From a virus (taxonomy: Duplodnaviria > Heunggongvirae > Uroviricota > Caudoviricetes): a DNA stretch of 35,190 bases. Of the stretch, positions 9,241 to 18,491 are shown one piece after another. The notes under the pieces were generated by a model. It was not told the DNA's origin and made no database searches. It worked only from the letters and a program-made list of their open reading frames with translations. The stretch covers positions 82,413 through 117,602 of the IMG/VR virus record IMGVR_UViG_3300034102_002786; one strand, given 5' to 3'. Position 1 is the stretch's first letter. Each line of letters opens with the position of its first letter. Both the position numbers and the translations under genes were made by a program.

Positions 9241-9615
9241 ATGGGACTTAAAAAACAATTCTTAGAGAAAATTAAAGCAAACTATCCTGAATTTGATCTT
9301 GAAACTTCATCCGTAGAGATTGAGTTTTGTGGTGGTGGGGATAACTTTGATTCATTCACTTACGTTTCGGTTTCCGATTACAAAGATGGAAAGTATAAAG
9401 AGCTAGAAGGTAACTTTGATGCTAACACAAATGATAATGTAGATTTCCTATTTGAGATTATTGATGCAACTGGTGTTAGCTATAACTTCAACAACGCAGG
9501 AACAACAGGCCGTATTCGTTATGAAGATGGTGAGTTGACTTGTGAAACAACTGTATCCGATGAATATTGGGGTGAGTTGGAAGAAGATGAAGATGACGAA
9601 GAAGAAACTAAATAG
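9241..9615 (+). CDS. acidic protein, DUF6878-like
   Basis: IEFCGGGDNFD and NNAGTTGRI resemble DUF6878 (from memory); ATG 9241. Confidence 0.6.
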   Translation: MGLKKQFLEKIKANYPEFDLETSSVEIEFCGGGDNFDSFTYVSVSDYKDGKYKELEGNFDANTNDNVDFLFEIIDATGVSYNFNNAGTTGRIRYEDGELTCETTVSDEYWGELEEDEDDEEETK

Positions 9616-9617
9616 TT

Positions 9618-10022
9618 ATGGCAAATCCTTTAAAACATTCTCAATCATCCGTTAAGTTATGGGGTGGCAAGGTAGAAGACTACTTGCCACTTCATAATAA
9701 GATGGATAGTAGTAAGAAATATTTTTCCGATAATAGGCATCGTGCGTTGACCCACAATATGTTTTTTATCTTTGAAGTTATGATTCCACTATTCGGCGAA
9801 TACATTACCAATTCAGATGGTAAAATAGTTTCAGTAAAAGATATATGTGAGTGGCACATTTTGGAAGACTTTGGTAAAAAGTATATTCCAAATGTATCTG
9901 ATTACCTTTGTGAAATGGAAATAAAAAGTTGGATGGCTAATGGTATTGGTGAGGCGCCCGCATCACAAAAGAAAATGAAAACTGTAACCGAAAGAATTAC
10001 TAAAGTTATAAAGATAGATTAA
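9618..10022 (+). CDS. DUF6915-like protein
   Basis: HSQSSVKLWGG-EDYLPLH-DSSK-RHRALTH-HILEDFG motifs. Confidence 0.7.
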   Translation: MANPLKHSQSSVKLWGGKVEDYLPLHNKMDSSKKYFSDNRHRALTHNMFFIFEVMIPLFGEYITNSDGKIVSVKDICEWHILEDFGKKYIPNVSDYLCEMEIKSWMANGIGEAPASQKKMKTVTERITKVIKID

Positions 10023-10023
10023 T

Positions 10024-10332
10024 ATGAAAACTAAAAACAATAATGAAATTTATTTAGGTAGTTATGGATACTTAAATATAAAAACATCTGAAACTGTTGA
10101 AGCTAAAAATTTATTAAGGTTAAAAGTTGGAGATGATAAATACGAAATTTTAGAAGTAAAAATCTTAGCCGATTTCAGTAAAATACCTGATAAGTACCAC
10201 GAGGTTTTTTTAAATATGTTTAGTTCAAAGTATATGGATTCGGTTTCATTTGGTGATAACCCATTTTCACAATGTGTTCCACCACCAAAGAAAAGATGGT
10301 GGGAATTTTGGAAAGCTAATTTAAATATATAA
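10024..10332 (+). CDS. hypothetical protein, paralog of 21905..22216
   Basis: Shared ADFxxIPxxxH motif. Confidence 0.75.
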   Translation: MKTKNNNEIYLGSYGYLNIKTSETVEAKNLLRLKVGDDKYEILEVKILADFSKIPDKYHEVFLNMFSSKYMDSVSFGDNPFSQCVPPPKKRWWEFWKANLNI

Positions 10333-11303
10333 TGAAAATTACAGTTGTAGTTAGAACTTATAATAGGCCTGATTTTTTAAGAGAGGCTTTAGCATCAATA
10401 CAATTACAAACCCATCCTAATTGGGAAGTATTGATATTTGATGATGCTGCATCTGATATTAATTTTTCTATTTACAAAAAATTTAAATCTAATAATTTAG
10501 ATAAAAGAGTTTTATATTTAACAAGTCAGAGTGAATATGAACTATTTAAAAATTCTTGGCTATTAGCTCCAGATTTGGCAAATGGTGAAGTTATAGTCAG
10601 GTTAGATGATGATGATATGCTAACCGAAGATGCTTTAGAATTTGTAAATGAGATTTATGAAAAAAATAAAGAATTAGAATTCACTTATGGTTCTAGCGTA
10701 TTCTTTAAAGATAAAGATTTACAAAATTTAATATCTACAAAAAATCCATTCGAACACCCACCAAGCAGAGATATTTGGGCTCCTTATACAATTCCAAACA
10801 ACCACCCGTGGAGAGAACCTTGGACATTCATACAAAATTTTTATGACCAACCAAAAAACTATACATCAATAATACACGCAGCTAAAGCAAATGCATTTTG
10901 TATATACCATACCTATACAATGAGAACTGAATCTGTTAAACGTGTTAAAGATAAAATAACCGTAACGTCTAATTTTGTTGATGATTTGGAATTTTTAGGA
11001 AGTTTGGATAATCTAAGTTTGGGATACAATTCTGTAAAAAAGATTTTGTGTTATGTAAGAATACACGATTTGGGTAGAGTAACTGATAATGGTAGAGTAA
11101 CGGATAATACAAATATGTGGCAAGAAAACTTTAGAGTTAGAGACAAAGTTGATGAGCTAAGAAGTTCCGGCTTTATTTCAAAAATAATTCCTATCCAATC
11201 TGATAAAAATAAAAATGATGAGATTAATGATGAGCTAAAAGCTACATTTTTAACCTATATTGATAAAATACAGCCTATTGCTAACTCATTGATAATCAAT
11301 TAG
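10332..11303 (+). CDS. glycosyltransferase family 2
   Basis: ITVVVRTYNRPDFLREALASI, FDDA, RLDDDD. Confidence 0.88.
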   Translation: MKITVVVRTYNRPDFLREALASIQLQTHPNWEVLIFDDAASDINFSIYKKFKSNNLDKRVLYLTSQSEYELFKNSWLLAPDLANGEVIVRLDDDDMLTEDALEFVNEIYEKNKELEFTYGSSVFFKDKDLQNLISTKNPFEHPPSRDIWAPYTIPNNHPWREPWTFIQNFYDQPKNYTSIIHAAKANAFCIYHTYTMRTESVKRVKDKITVTSNFVDDLEFLGSLDNLSLGYNSVKKILCYVRIHDLGRVTDNGRVTDNTNMWQENFRVRDKVDELRSSGFISKIIPIQSDKNKNDEINDELKATFLTYIDKIQPIANSLIIN

Positions 11304-11325
11304 TTATAACTTATTGAAAATCAAC
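11280..11325. repeat. motif cluster 2: two tandem copies overlapping the GT2 stop
   Basis: GCTAACTCATTGATAATCAAT (11280-300) and TAACTTATTGAAAATCAAC (11307-25). Confidence 0.8.
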
Positions 11326-11345
11326 CGATTACAACCAAAAAATTA

Positions 11346-11389
11346 TTTGGTAATTTCAGGTATTTTTCGTATCTTTACTATGTAATAAA
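11346..11389 (+). promoter_or_regulatory. promoter, TATCTTTACTATGTAATAAA class
   Basis: TTTG 11346-49, 20 bp, TATCTTTA; 20-mer identical at 25955 and 28220. Confidence 0.8.
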
Positions 11390-11398
11390 GTCAAAGAT

Positions 11399-11827
11399 AT
11401 GAACACGAAACACCCTATTTCAGCTCAGAATTTAGTTCACTTAATCAACAAAGAAGGTAAAAAATTGAGTGGTGCTCCCTTTACTATTCGAAGTAAAAAG
11501 ACTGGTAAAGATTATACTTTTAAAGTATCGCAAGCACTATTCAATAACATTAACTACCTACATTTGAAAGTAGAGATTCAGTATCTTAATTTCAAATATA
11601 TGGGTTGGTACAAAGATGGTAAAGTGATTAACAAAAAAGTAGAAGTTAAAACACCCGCTTCTGAAGCTATTAGTTGGTTTATGAAAATGTTACTTACTAA
11701 CCGATTTGACGTGTTGGATACCAATGTTGATATTTTCCACTTAGGTAAATGTTTGAAGTGTGGTAAAACTTTAACCGATGCTAACTCAATCGAAGTTGGT
11801 TTTGGTCCTGTATGTAGAAATTTCTAA
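11399..11827 (+). CDS. DUF6011-like zinc-finger protein
   Basis: C-terminal CLKCGKTLTDANSIEVGFGPVC. Confidence 0.75.
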   Translation: MNTKHPISAQNLVHLINKEGKKLSGAPFTIRSKKTGKDYTFKVSQALFNNINYLHLKVEIQYLNFKYMGWYKDGKVINKKVEVKTPASEAISWFMKMLLTNRFDVLDTNVDIFHLGKCLKCGKTLTDANSIEVGFGPVCRNF

Positions 11828-11837
11828 AATTAAGTAT

Positions 11838-12239
11838 ATGAAACAAAATTCAGTTCAGTTGCCCGATTCCTTTATTAAGGGATTGATTGTTAAGGTTCAC
11901 GTTTCTCTTAATGGTAAAACCGATGTTAAAGAGTTAAAAGTATGTATGGTAAAAGCCCGTTCAATTACTTTTATAGAAGTTGATAGAGTTAATCGCCAAA
12001 ACATCTTTCGTAAAGTAGAGCGTAAAGATATTGTTGAATTCAGACCTACAGCTATTTGTGAAGTTACGGTTAGGGATGGTATATTGCCGGTTAGATGGGA
12101 AAGTAGTTGGGATAGTATTGGAATAAATCCAGTTAAAATGAGTCCTTATACTAGAAAACATTTTAGTACTCATTCAAAGGGATGGGCCCCAACACTTCCA
12201 TCAACAACAAATTCAGCAGCAGGATTTCCAATGGTATAA
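11838..12239 (+). CDS. hypothetical protein
   Basis: Likely ATG 11838 (MKQNSVQ). Confidence 0.75.
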   Translation: MKQNSVQLPDSFIKGLIVKVHVSLNGKTDVKELKVCMVKARSITFIEVDRVNRQNIFRKVERKDIVEFRPTAICEVTVRDGILPVRWESSWDSIGINPVKMSPYTRKHFSTHSKGWAPTLPSTTNSAAGFPMV

Positions 12240-12251
12240 AAATTATAAGAT

Positions 12252-12515
12252 ATGAATATGAAAGTAAATGTAAACAAATTAGAAATGACTAGTTGTACTA
12301 AATGTGGTAATGATATGCCACTTTTACGATTCACAAAGTATGGTTATAGAAGTTGTGTGAATTGTAGTACGGTAGCTAGAGTAGGTGGAGTAGCAATCGC
12401 TAACCACAAAACAGGTAATGAAATTCAGATAATGCCAGCCGAAGATGCGGATAGATTGTATAGATTGTCGCAACGAAGTGGTTATGGTGTTTGTAAAGGA
12501 ATGAAACATAATTAA
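12252..12515 (+). CDS. CxxC...CxxC zinc-finger protein
   Basis: CTKCG...CVNC. Confidence 0.7.
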   Translation: MNMKVNVNKLEMTSCTKCGNDMPLLRFTKYGYRSCVNCSTVARVGGVAIANHKTGNEIQIMPAEDADRLYRLSQRSGYGVCKGMKHN

Positions 12516-12516
12516 T

Positions 12517-12879
12517 ATGATAGAGAATTTAAGTAAGATTAAGGATATGGAATTCAATTTTCCAATTAAGAACGCTAGACAAGCTATGTATAAAGTTGTT
12601 AGTGTAAACGAATTGAGTAAAACAAATTCAACAACAGGTAATTGGGGAGCCGTTATACTTGCCGCAGTTGATAAAACGTTAGGGTATATGGTGCCGGAGC
12701 ATGTTGTATTTACAATTGAGTATGATACTGAAGTTATACCCACATTCAAAATAACAGCAATCACATCCGATAACGAAAGTGCTAAGATTGAAGTAAGTAG
12801 AAGTGGATTGAATACACCTGAAAGATTTTTTGAATCATTAAAATCATTAGCAGAGCATAGTGTAGTATTTAGAGCATAA
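12517..12879 (+). CDS. hypothetical protein
   Basis: ORF track. Confidence 0.75.
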   Translation: MIENLSKIKDMEFNFPIKNARQAMYKVVSVNELSKTNSTTGNWGAVILAAVDKTLGYMVPEHVVFTIEYDTEVIPTFKITAITSDNESAKIEVSRSGLNTPERFFESLKSLAEHSVVFRA

Positions 12880-12890
12880 AAACAAAAAAT

Positions 12891-13148
12891 ATGAGAGTAA
12901 TTTATAAATACGAATTAACACAAACAATTCAACTACCAATTGATTCACAAGTTTTAAAAGTTGGAATGCAAAATGGTATTATGCAAATGTGGGTATTAGT
13001 AGACCCAAATTGGAAACAAACATCCCAACGTAATTTTGAAATAATTGGTACGGGACATGAGTTTGAATTTGATTATTTAACGCATACCTACATTGATTCA
13101 TTATTCGATGGCCCATTTGTATGGCATATTTGGGAACTAAATAAATAA
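12891..13148 (+). CDS. conserved phage protein (IYKYxL...LxVxxQ...WxLVD...GTGH family)
   Basis: Motif pattern recalled from phage hypotheticals. Confidence 0.75.
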   Translation: MRVIYKYELTQTIQLPIDSQVLKVGMQNGIMQMWVLVDPNWKQTSQRNFEIIGTGHEFEFDYLTHTYIDSLFDGPFVWHIWELNK

Positions 13149-13159
13149 AAAATAAAGAT

Positions 13160-13348
13160 ATGTTTAACGAACAAATATTTTGGAAAGAAAATTTTACCGA
13201 TGGGGAAGCCAAAGGTGGATTCTTTGTTAGAGCAGTAGAACTTAAAAAGTTTTTAGAAATAGTTGAAGCGGCAGAGCATGGTGGTGAGGTTGTTGGACTT
13301 CGCTTTAGTGATAATAATTTAGAAGTAATTGTAACCCCTAAAAATTAA
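13160..13348 (+). CDS. hypothetical protein
   Basis: ORF track. Confidence 0.75.
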   Translation: MFNEQIFWKENFTDGEAKGGFFVRAVELKKFLEIVEAAEHGGEVVGLRFSDNNLEVIVTPKN

Positions 13349-13351
13349 AAT

Positions 13352-14452
13352 ATGTTATTTGAAACAATTTACAAAGCCACTAAAGGTGGTAAGGTGCAAG
13401 AGTGGACAATTGAAGTAGTAAAGAATAGGTATCGTACTATTTCAGGCCAAACTGACGGTAAGAAAGTAGTTAGTGAATGGACTAGTGTGTTTGGTAAAAA
13501 TGAAGGTAGAGCAAACGAAACTACCGCTAATGAGCAAGCAGTTAAAGAAGCTGAAGCTAAACATAAGTTGAAGTTGGAGCGTGGTTACTTTGAGAATATT
13601 AAGAACATTAATAAGAAACAATACTTTGAACCTATGTTGGCTGGTAAGTGGGAAGATAGAAAAGACAAGATTGAATACCCTATCTATTCACAACCAAAGC
13701 TGGACGGGATACGTTGTATTGTAACCATTGATGGTATGTTCAGTAGGAATGGTAAAGAGATTATATCAGCACCACATATTAGAGAATCGTTGGATAAACT
13801 ATTTCAGCACGAACCTGATTTGATATTGGATGGTGAGTTGTACGCTGATAAGTTCGCTAATGATTTCAACGCTATCGTATCATTGGTTAAGAAAACAAAA
13901 CCAACAGCGGATGACCTGAAACAAAGTGCTAAGAACATTGAGTATCACGTTTATGATATACCTTCTGTTGATGGTACTTTCAAAGAAAGGTGTATTGAGT
14001 TAGATGAATTGAGTTTAGATTTTCCTAAGTGTGTAAAGCAAGTTGAAACGCACATAGTGAAAAACGAAAGTGAAGTGACAGATTGGTATGAAAACTATGT
14101 TGAGAGGGGATATGAAGGTCAGATGTTGAGAACCGATGGAGTTTATGAAAACAAACGTTCAAAGAATTTGTTGAAGCACAAATCATTCATTGACGAAGAA
14201 TATACTATCATTGATATTTGTGAAGGTGAAGGTAATAGGGCAGGAACTGCGGGTTATATGGTATTTGAAACGGCAGAAGGTAAACGATTCAAATCAAATG
14301 TAAAGGGGACATGGGATGAAACTGCTGAAATGCTAAAGAGTAAAAAGAAACTAATAGGTAAGCAAGCAACGATTAAGTATTTCAACTTAACACCCGATGG
14401 TATCCCTCGTTTTCCTTTTGTGATTAATATTGATAGAAATTCATATGAGTAA
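13352..14452 (+). CDS. lig: ATP-dependent DNA ligase
   Basis: QPKLDGIRC (KxDG), LDGELY, YHVYD, EGQMLR, LLKHK, C-terminal OB fold ending GIPRFP. Confidence 0.93.
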   Translation: MLFETIYKATKGGKVQEWTIEVVKNRYRTISGQTDGKKVVSEWTSVFGKNEGRANETTANEQAVKEAEAKHKLKLERGYFENIKNINKKQYFEPMLAGKWEDRKDKIEYPIYSQPKLDGIRCIVTIDGMFSRNGKEIISAPHIRESLDKLFQHEPDLILDGELYADKFANDFNAIVSLVKKTKPTADDLKQSAKNIEYHVYDIPSVDGTFKERCIELDELSLDFPKCVKQVETHIVKNESEVTDWYENYVERGYEGQMLRTDGVYENKRSKNLLKHKSFIDEEYTIIDICEGEGNRAGTAGYMVFETAEGKRFKSNVKGTWDETAEMLKSKKKLIGKQATIKYFNLTPDGIPRFPFVINIDRNSYE

Positions 14453-14846
14453 AGAAAAAAAGAAACCTGATTTGGTTGTATGGGATGCTGAACGTGGTTA
14501 CTATCCAAGAGAATTAACCTATGGTAGTAATAACGGAGCACCTGCTATACAATTAGAGGATGTTGGTGGATGGAAACAAATACAAGCTCAAAACGCTAAT
14601 AAGATATTCACTAAAAAGTATGAGGAAATAAAAGATGAATTCAAAAAATTAGTGGATGAAGTTAGTTGGAATGAATTTGTATATTCAGCAACTTACAACT
14701 TTTTGCCTGTAATTGGTGAGACATATTATCTATATGAAAAAAAAGATGGTAGTCCATTCCTTTCATTAATAGCACCTAGTGAATGGAATATGGAATTTAT
14801 AGGAGCAACTAGATTAGAATCAAATAATAAATGGATAAAAATATGA
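14445..14846 (+). CDS. DUF2452-like protein
   Basis: YSATYNFLPVIGETYYLYE...FLSLIAPSEW. Confidence 0.75.
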   Translation: MSKEKKKPDLVVWDAERGYYPRELTYGSNNGAPAIQLEDVGGWKQIQAQNANKIFTKKYEEIKDEFKKLVDEVSWNEFVYSATYNFLPVIGETYYLYEKKDGSPFLSLIAPSEWNMEFIGATRLESNNKWIKI

Positions 14847-15136
14847 ACCCAACACAATTAGTACAACAAATTATTGCAAATTATCAAACATCTCCGGGTA
14901 CAATTTACAATACGCCAACAAAAACAAAAGCTATATTCGTAATGAGAGTACCATCTTCAATGGGTGCAGCTGAATTAAAAAATGTTAGGGATGCACTTTC
15001 AAAGGATAGTATTACAGATGATTATCATATTGTTGTAGTACCTAGTTCCGATAATGATTTTGGGTTTGAAATGTATAACGCTGATAAAATTGAAGTTCAA
15101 AAGTGGAATGAGTTAGTAAATAGAATTTTGAAATAA
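14843..15136 (+). CDS. hypothetical protein
   Basis: Likely ATG 14843. Confidence 0.75.
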   Translation: MNPTQLVQQIIANYQTSPGTIYNTPTKTKAIFVMRVPSSMGAAELKNVRDALSKDSITDDYHIVVVPSSDNDFGFEMYNADKIEVQKWNELVNRILK

Positions 15137-15137
15137 A

Positions 15138-15169
15138 TTTGGTAGATTAAAAAATTATTCGTATATTTG
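15138..15169 (+). promoter_or_regulatory. Bacteroidota-type promoter, likely (near-)leaderless mRNA
   Basis: TTTG 15138-41, 20 bp, TATATTTG 15162-69; ATG only 5 nt downstream. Confidence 0.75.
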
Positions 15170-15173
15170 TAAA

Positions 15174-16136
15174 ATGAAAAATTATAGTATTACATATAAT
15201 GGGATTGATGATAGTAAACAAAAGTTTTACTATTCACTCAATTCAGAAGAAAAGCAAAATGTTATTCTAAAAATTAATAATCAATATCTTGGAGTATGCG
15301 AATACACTTCAACTATGGAATTACATCCTGGTGTAATTTATTATACTCATTTTTTTACAAAAACGAGAGATAGATATGCTGAATTTATTGATGTAGAAAC
15401 AAATGAAGTGGTTGGTATGTTTTCATTAGATGGTGTTATAGGTTATAGAGATGTAGACCAAAACAAATATATTAAGAAAATACTGCCACATTTATCAAAA
15501 GTTGAAAAAAATGATTTAAACTTTATATTTAATGAAATTTTTACGAATGATACTTATTGTACCGATTTCATAACTGTTGAACAAGGTGATGTTGTTTTTG
15601 ATATTGGTTTTAATTATGGGTTGTTTTCACTACAAGCACTTTATAAAGGTGCTTCATTTGTATATGGATTTGAACCTAATAAAAAATTAGTAAATCTTTT
15701 TAATAATAATTGTGGTTCAAATAGAGTAAAATTATTTGAGGTAGCTGTTGGTTCGGAAAATGGAAAAGCAACATTTTTTGAAAATGAATGGCCGGGCAAA
15801 GCATCTATGGATTCCAATGTAAATTCAGATACTCAAACTATATCGTATAATGTTGATGTGAAAGCATTTAATGATATTTTGATTGAAAACAATATTACTA
15901 AAATAGATTATCTAAAAGTTGATTGTGAAGGTAGTGAATATGAAATATTTAAATCAATGGATAATAAATTCTTAAAAGAAAATGTAAATAAAATAGCCAT
16001 TGAATTTCACCATCCGCTAACTGATAAAAAGGTTATTGGATTAATTGAAAAACTTAGAATAACTGGATTTGAAACAAAATCTATTTACAAAGATGGGGAT
16101 ACAACAGGAATGCTTTACTGTAGGAAATTAAAATAA
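15174..16136 (+). CDS. FkbM-family SAM methyltransferase with N-terminal extension
   Basis: VVFDIGFNYGLF, GFEPN, IDYLKVDCEGSEY, IEFH. Confidence 0.9.
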   Translation: MKNYSITYNGIDDSKQKFYYSLNSEEKQNVILKINNQYLGVCEYTSTMELHPGVIYYTHFFTKTRDRYAEFIDVETNEVVGMFSLDGVIGYRDVDQNKYIKKILPHLSKVEKNDLNFIFNEIFTNDTYCTDFITVEQGDVVFDIGFNYGLFSLQALYKGASFVYGFEPNKKLVNLFNNNCGSNRVKLFEVAVGSENGKATFFENEWPGKASMDSNVNSDTQTISYNVDVKAFNDILIENNITKIDYLKVDCEGSEYEIFKSMDNKFLKENVNKIAIEFHHPLTDKKVIGLIEKLRITGFETKSIYKDGDTTGMLYCRKLK

Positions 16137-16148
16137 AAAACATAAACT

Positions 16149-16391
16149 ATGAAGTGTATTAAAAACAACAAAACAGGTGAAATTGAAAGGTTAGGCGATA
16201 GAGAAGCTTACAACAAAGTAGGTAATGCATGGAGTTATGTAGCTAAATCAGAATGGAAAGCTGCAACTCGTAAAGTAAAAGTAACCGAAGTAGTAAAAGA
16301 TGTAAATACTGATACTGATGGGGTAAACCAATTAACAATTGCGGAAAAGCAATTAAAAACTAAAAGAAAAAAAGTAAACGATGACAAATAA
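16149..16391 (+). CDS. hypothetical basic protein
   Basis: ORF track. Confidence 0.75.
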   Translation: MKCIKNNKTGEIERLGDREAYNKVGNAWSYVAKSEWKAATRKVKVTEVVKDVNTDTDGVNQLTIAEKQLKTKRKKVNDDK

Positions 16392-16965
16392 TAATAGTGA
16401 AAGAATTGTGGAATTGTATCCAGAGATGTTTACATACACAACTAGAGGGTATGAGCACAATTGGTTTGAGAAACAATACAATAATGCTTTAGCATACCTA
16501 CATAAAAAATTTAAGTGGACACGAAAGATTGATTATATCCAACAAACGAATCCATACAAATATGGTATTGATGTAGAGGATGGTTGGTTTAAAATCATTT
16601 ATGAATTGGTACATGGTATTAAAGTTAATGACTTAAAGAAAGGTGATTGGATTACAAAGGTGACTCAGATAAAAGAAAAATTTGGTGGGTTACGTTTTTA
16701 TGTAACTGGTACATCTGATAAAAATTGGGCATTGATTAGAAATGCCGAACAAAAATCGTATAATGTATGCGAAATATCGGGCTCAGAAGTTGAAGTTGGA
16801 ACTTGGACATTGGGATGGATTAGAACAATGTGCCGCCAACTAGCACTTAAAAAGTTTTATGAAATGTGTGATAATGGCGAATTGGATGGAAAAAAGTTTG
16901 ATGATGTTTGGAAAGCACGTGAAGCATCGGTAACTATCGAAACGCCAAAGAAAAAAAGAAAGTAA
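16381..16965 (+). CDS. conserved phage protein (GW...QIKEKFGGLRFY family)
   Basis: DGWFKII, QIKEKFGGLRFY, CEISG...C motifs. Confidence 0.8.
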   Translation: MTNNNSERIVELYPEMFTYTTRGYEHNWFEKQYNNALAYLHKKFKWTRKIDYIQQTNPYKYGIDVEDGWFKIIYELVHGIKVNDLKKGDWITKVTQIKEKFGGLRFYVTGTSDKNWALIRNAEQKSYNVCEISGSEVEVGTWTLGWIRTMCRQLALKKFYEMCDNGELDGKKFDDVWKAREASVTIETPKKKRK

Positions 16966-17243
16966 TGAGTTTAGCTCAGAGAGAGTTAGGAAATGTTTTT
17001 CAAAAAGATATTCGAACAAAAAATAAATCAATGCGCTTTATAGAAATTATAAGATACGATGGCAACAAAATTACAATATGGGAAACCTTTAATGGAGTTT
17101 TGGGTAAAGGTTGTCCTTTGACATATCCAAATTCTAAATTAGTAAAGATAAGTGATAGAATGATAGTGATGGATATTTCAAATGGTGAGGAATATTACGA
17201 TTGTAGGTATGAGGACTGTACAATAAAAAGGATAAACGGATGA
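16965..17243 (+). CDS. hypothetical protein
   Basis: ORF track; TAATG overlap. Confidence 0.7.
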   Translation: MSLAQRELGNVFQKDIRTKNKSMRFIEIIRYDGNKITIWETFNGVLGKGCPLTYPNSKLVKISDRMIVMDISNGEEYYDCRYEDCTIKRING

Positions 17244-17746
17244 TAAAGCGTAAAACAAAAATACTTTATATAATTACCACAATACTTTTTTGGATATTAT
17301 GTTATACTTGCACTACACAGGCACAAACAAAAAAAGTTTTACCTGAATTGGATTCGCTACCATATTTAACCGCCGATACGGCATTAAATAACTTTATGCT
17401 ACATTGGATAGGTAAACCTTATAAGTTAGGCGGTAAAACTGAAAAGGGAATTGATTGTTCACAATTTAATAAGAGGTTATATACCGATGTATATAAATTG
17501 AATTTGGAAAACGTATGTTATAAGCAGTGGGCTCAAACAAATAGAGTACCAAAAGATAGTTTACAAACTGGTGACCTCCTATTTTTTAGAAGTAAACAAT
17601 CACCAAGTGGATGGCATTGTGCAGTTTACTTAGGTGAAACTATGTTTGTACACGCAGCAAACAGATATGAAGGTGTAAAGATTAGCTCACTTAATGAGCC
17701 AAATTATAAAAGGGCATATAGAGGTGCCGGTAGATTATTAAAATAA
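17240..17746 (+). CDS. NlpC/P60 (C40) peptidoglycan hydrolase with signal/anchor
   Basis: GKPYKLGG, GIDCSQF (Cys), GDLLFF, HCAVY (His), FVHA. Confidence 0.92.
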   Translation: MIKRKTKILYIITTILFWILCYTCTTQAQTKKVLPELDSLPYLTADTALNNFMLHWIGKPYKLGGKTEKGIDCSQFNKRLYTDVYKLNLENVCYKQWAQTNRVPKDSLQTGDLLFFRSKQSPSGWHCAVYLGETMFVHAANRYEGVKISSLNEPNYKRAYRGAGRLLK

Positions 17747-17753
17747 TAAACTT

Positions 17754-17882
17754 ATGAAACAAAAATTAAATTGGGGAAAAGTATTCGAATTCATTGCGTA
17801 TTTAGGAGCAATGGGAGTTGGATTTGGAATTCTGTATTGGGGATTCTTATTTATTTGGCAAATTATTAAATCAATATTTTAA
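17754..17882 (+). CDS. single-TM micro-protein (42 aa)
   Basis: Manual translation MKQKLNWGKVFEFIAYLGAMGVGFGILYWGFLFIWQIIKSIF. Confidence 0.65.
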   Translation: MKQKLNWGKVFEFIAYLGAMGVGFGILYWGFLFIWQIIKSIF

Positions 17883-17893
17883 AAACATATATT

Positions 17894-18490
17894 ATGGCAT
17901 ATTTTATCATTTGGAGCTTTTTAGTGTTTGTAGTAGCAACACTAGCTAAGTTCATTTACGATGTACAACAAAACAAAAAGAAAGAAAAAGAAGCAGATGA
18001 ACTTTGTAAGATTGAAGCAGAGTTTGAAGCTAAAGAGCAGTTTCAAAAGTTAGCAGGTATTAAACCAATTGAAACCACTACTTCGGAATTACCTACGAAT
18101 GTTACAACAAAAAAGTTGAATGAACAAATTGTAGAAGCTCTATTGAAAGCAGCTGAGAATAGTGAGTTCCCAAAACCGGATGAATCAATCAATGTACGAA
18201 CTACAAAGATAACTACAATTGATACGAACTTTGGTAGTGATAATGACCCATTGGCATCAGTTCCAATGAGTAGAGTATCAACGGAAGGTAAAAAGAAAAT
18301 GGCTGATATTGCTAAGCAGGATATTAGTAAGCAATTAGAAGAAAAAACAGCAAACATCCATCCTAATGATTTATATGCAATAGAAACGGTGCTGGATAAT
18401 GTGAATAAAATGCCCGATGAAATTAAAGAGGCTATGATTATAGCTCCAATAGTAAAACCAAAACGTAAATATACAAAGAAAACAAAATAA
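17894..18490 (+). CDS. membrane-anchored hypothetical protein with basic tail
   Basis: N-terminal TM helix; ends KPKRKYTKKTK. Confidence 0.75.
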   Translation: MAYFIIWSFLVFVVATLAKFIYDVQQNKKKEKEADELCKIEAEFEAKEQFQKLAGIKPIETTTSELPTNVTTKKLNEQIVEALLKAAENSEFPKPDESINVRTTKITTIDTNFGSDNDPLASVPMSRVSTEGKKKMADIAKQDISKQLEEKTANIHPNDLYAIETVLDNVNKMPDEIKEAMIIAPIVKPKRKYTKKTK

Positions 18491-18491
18491 T

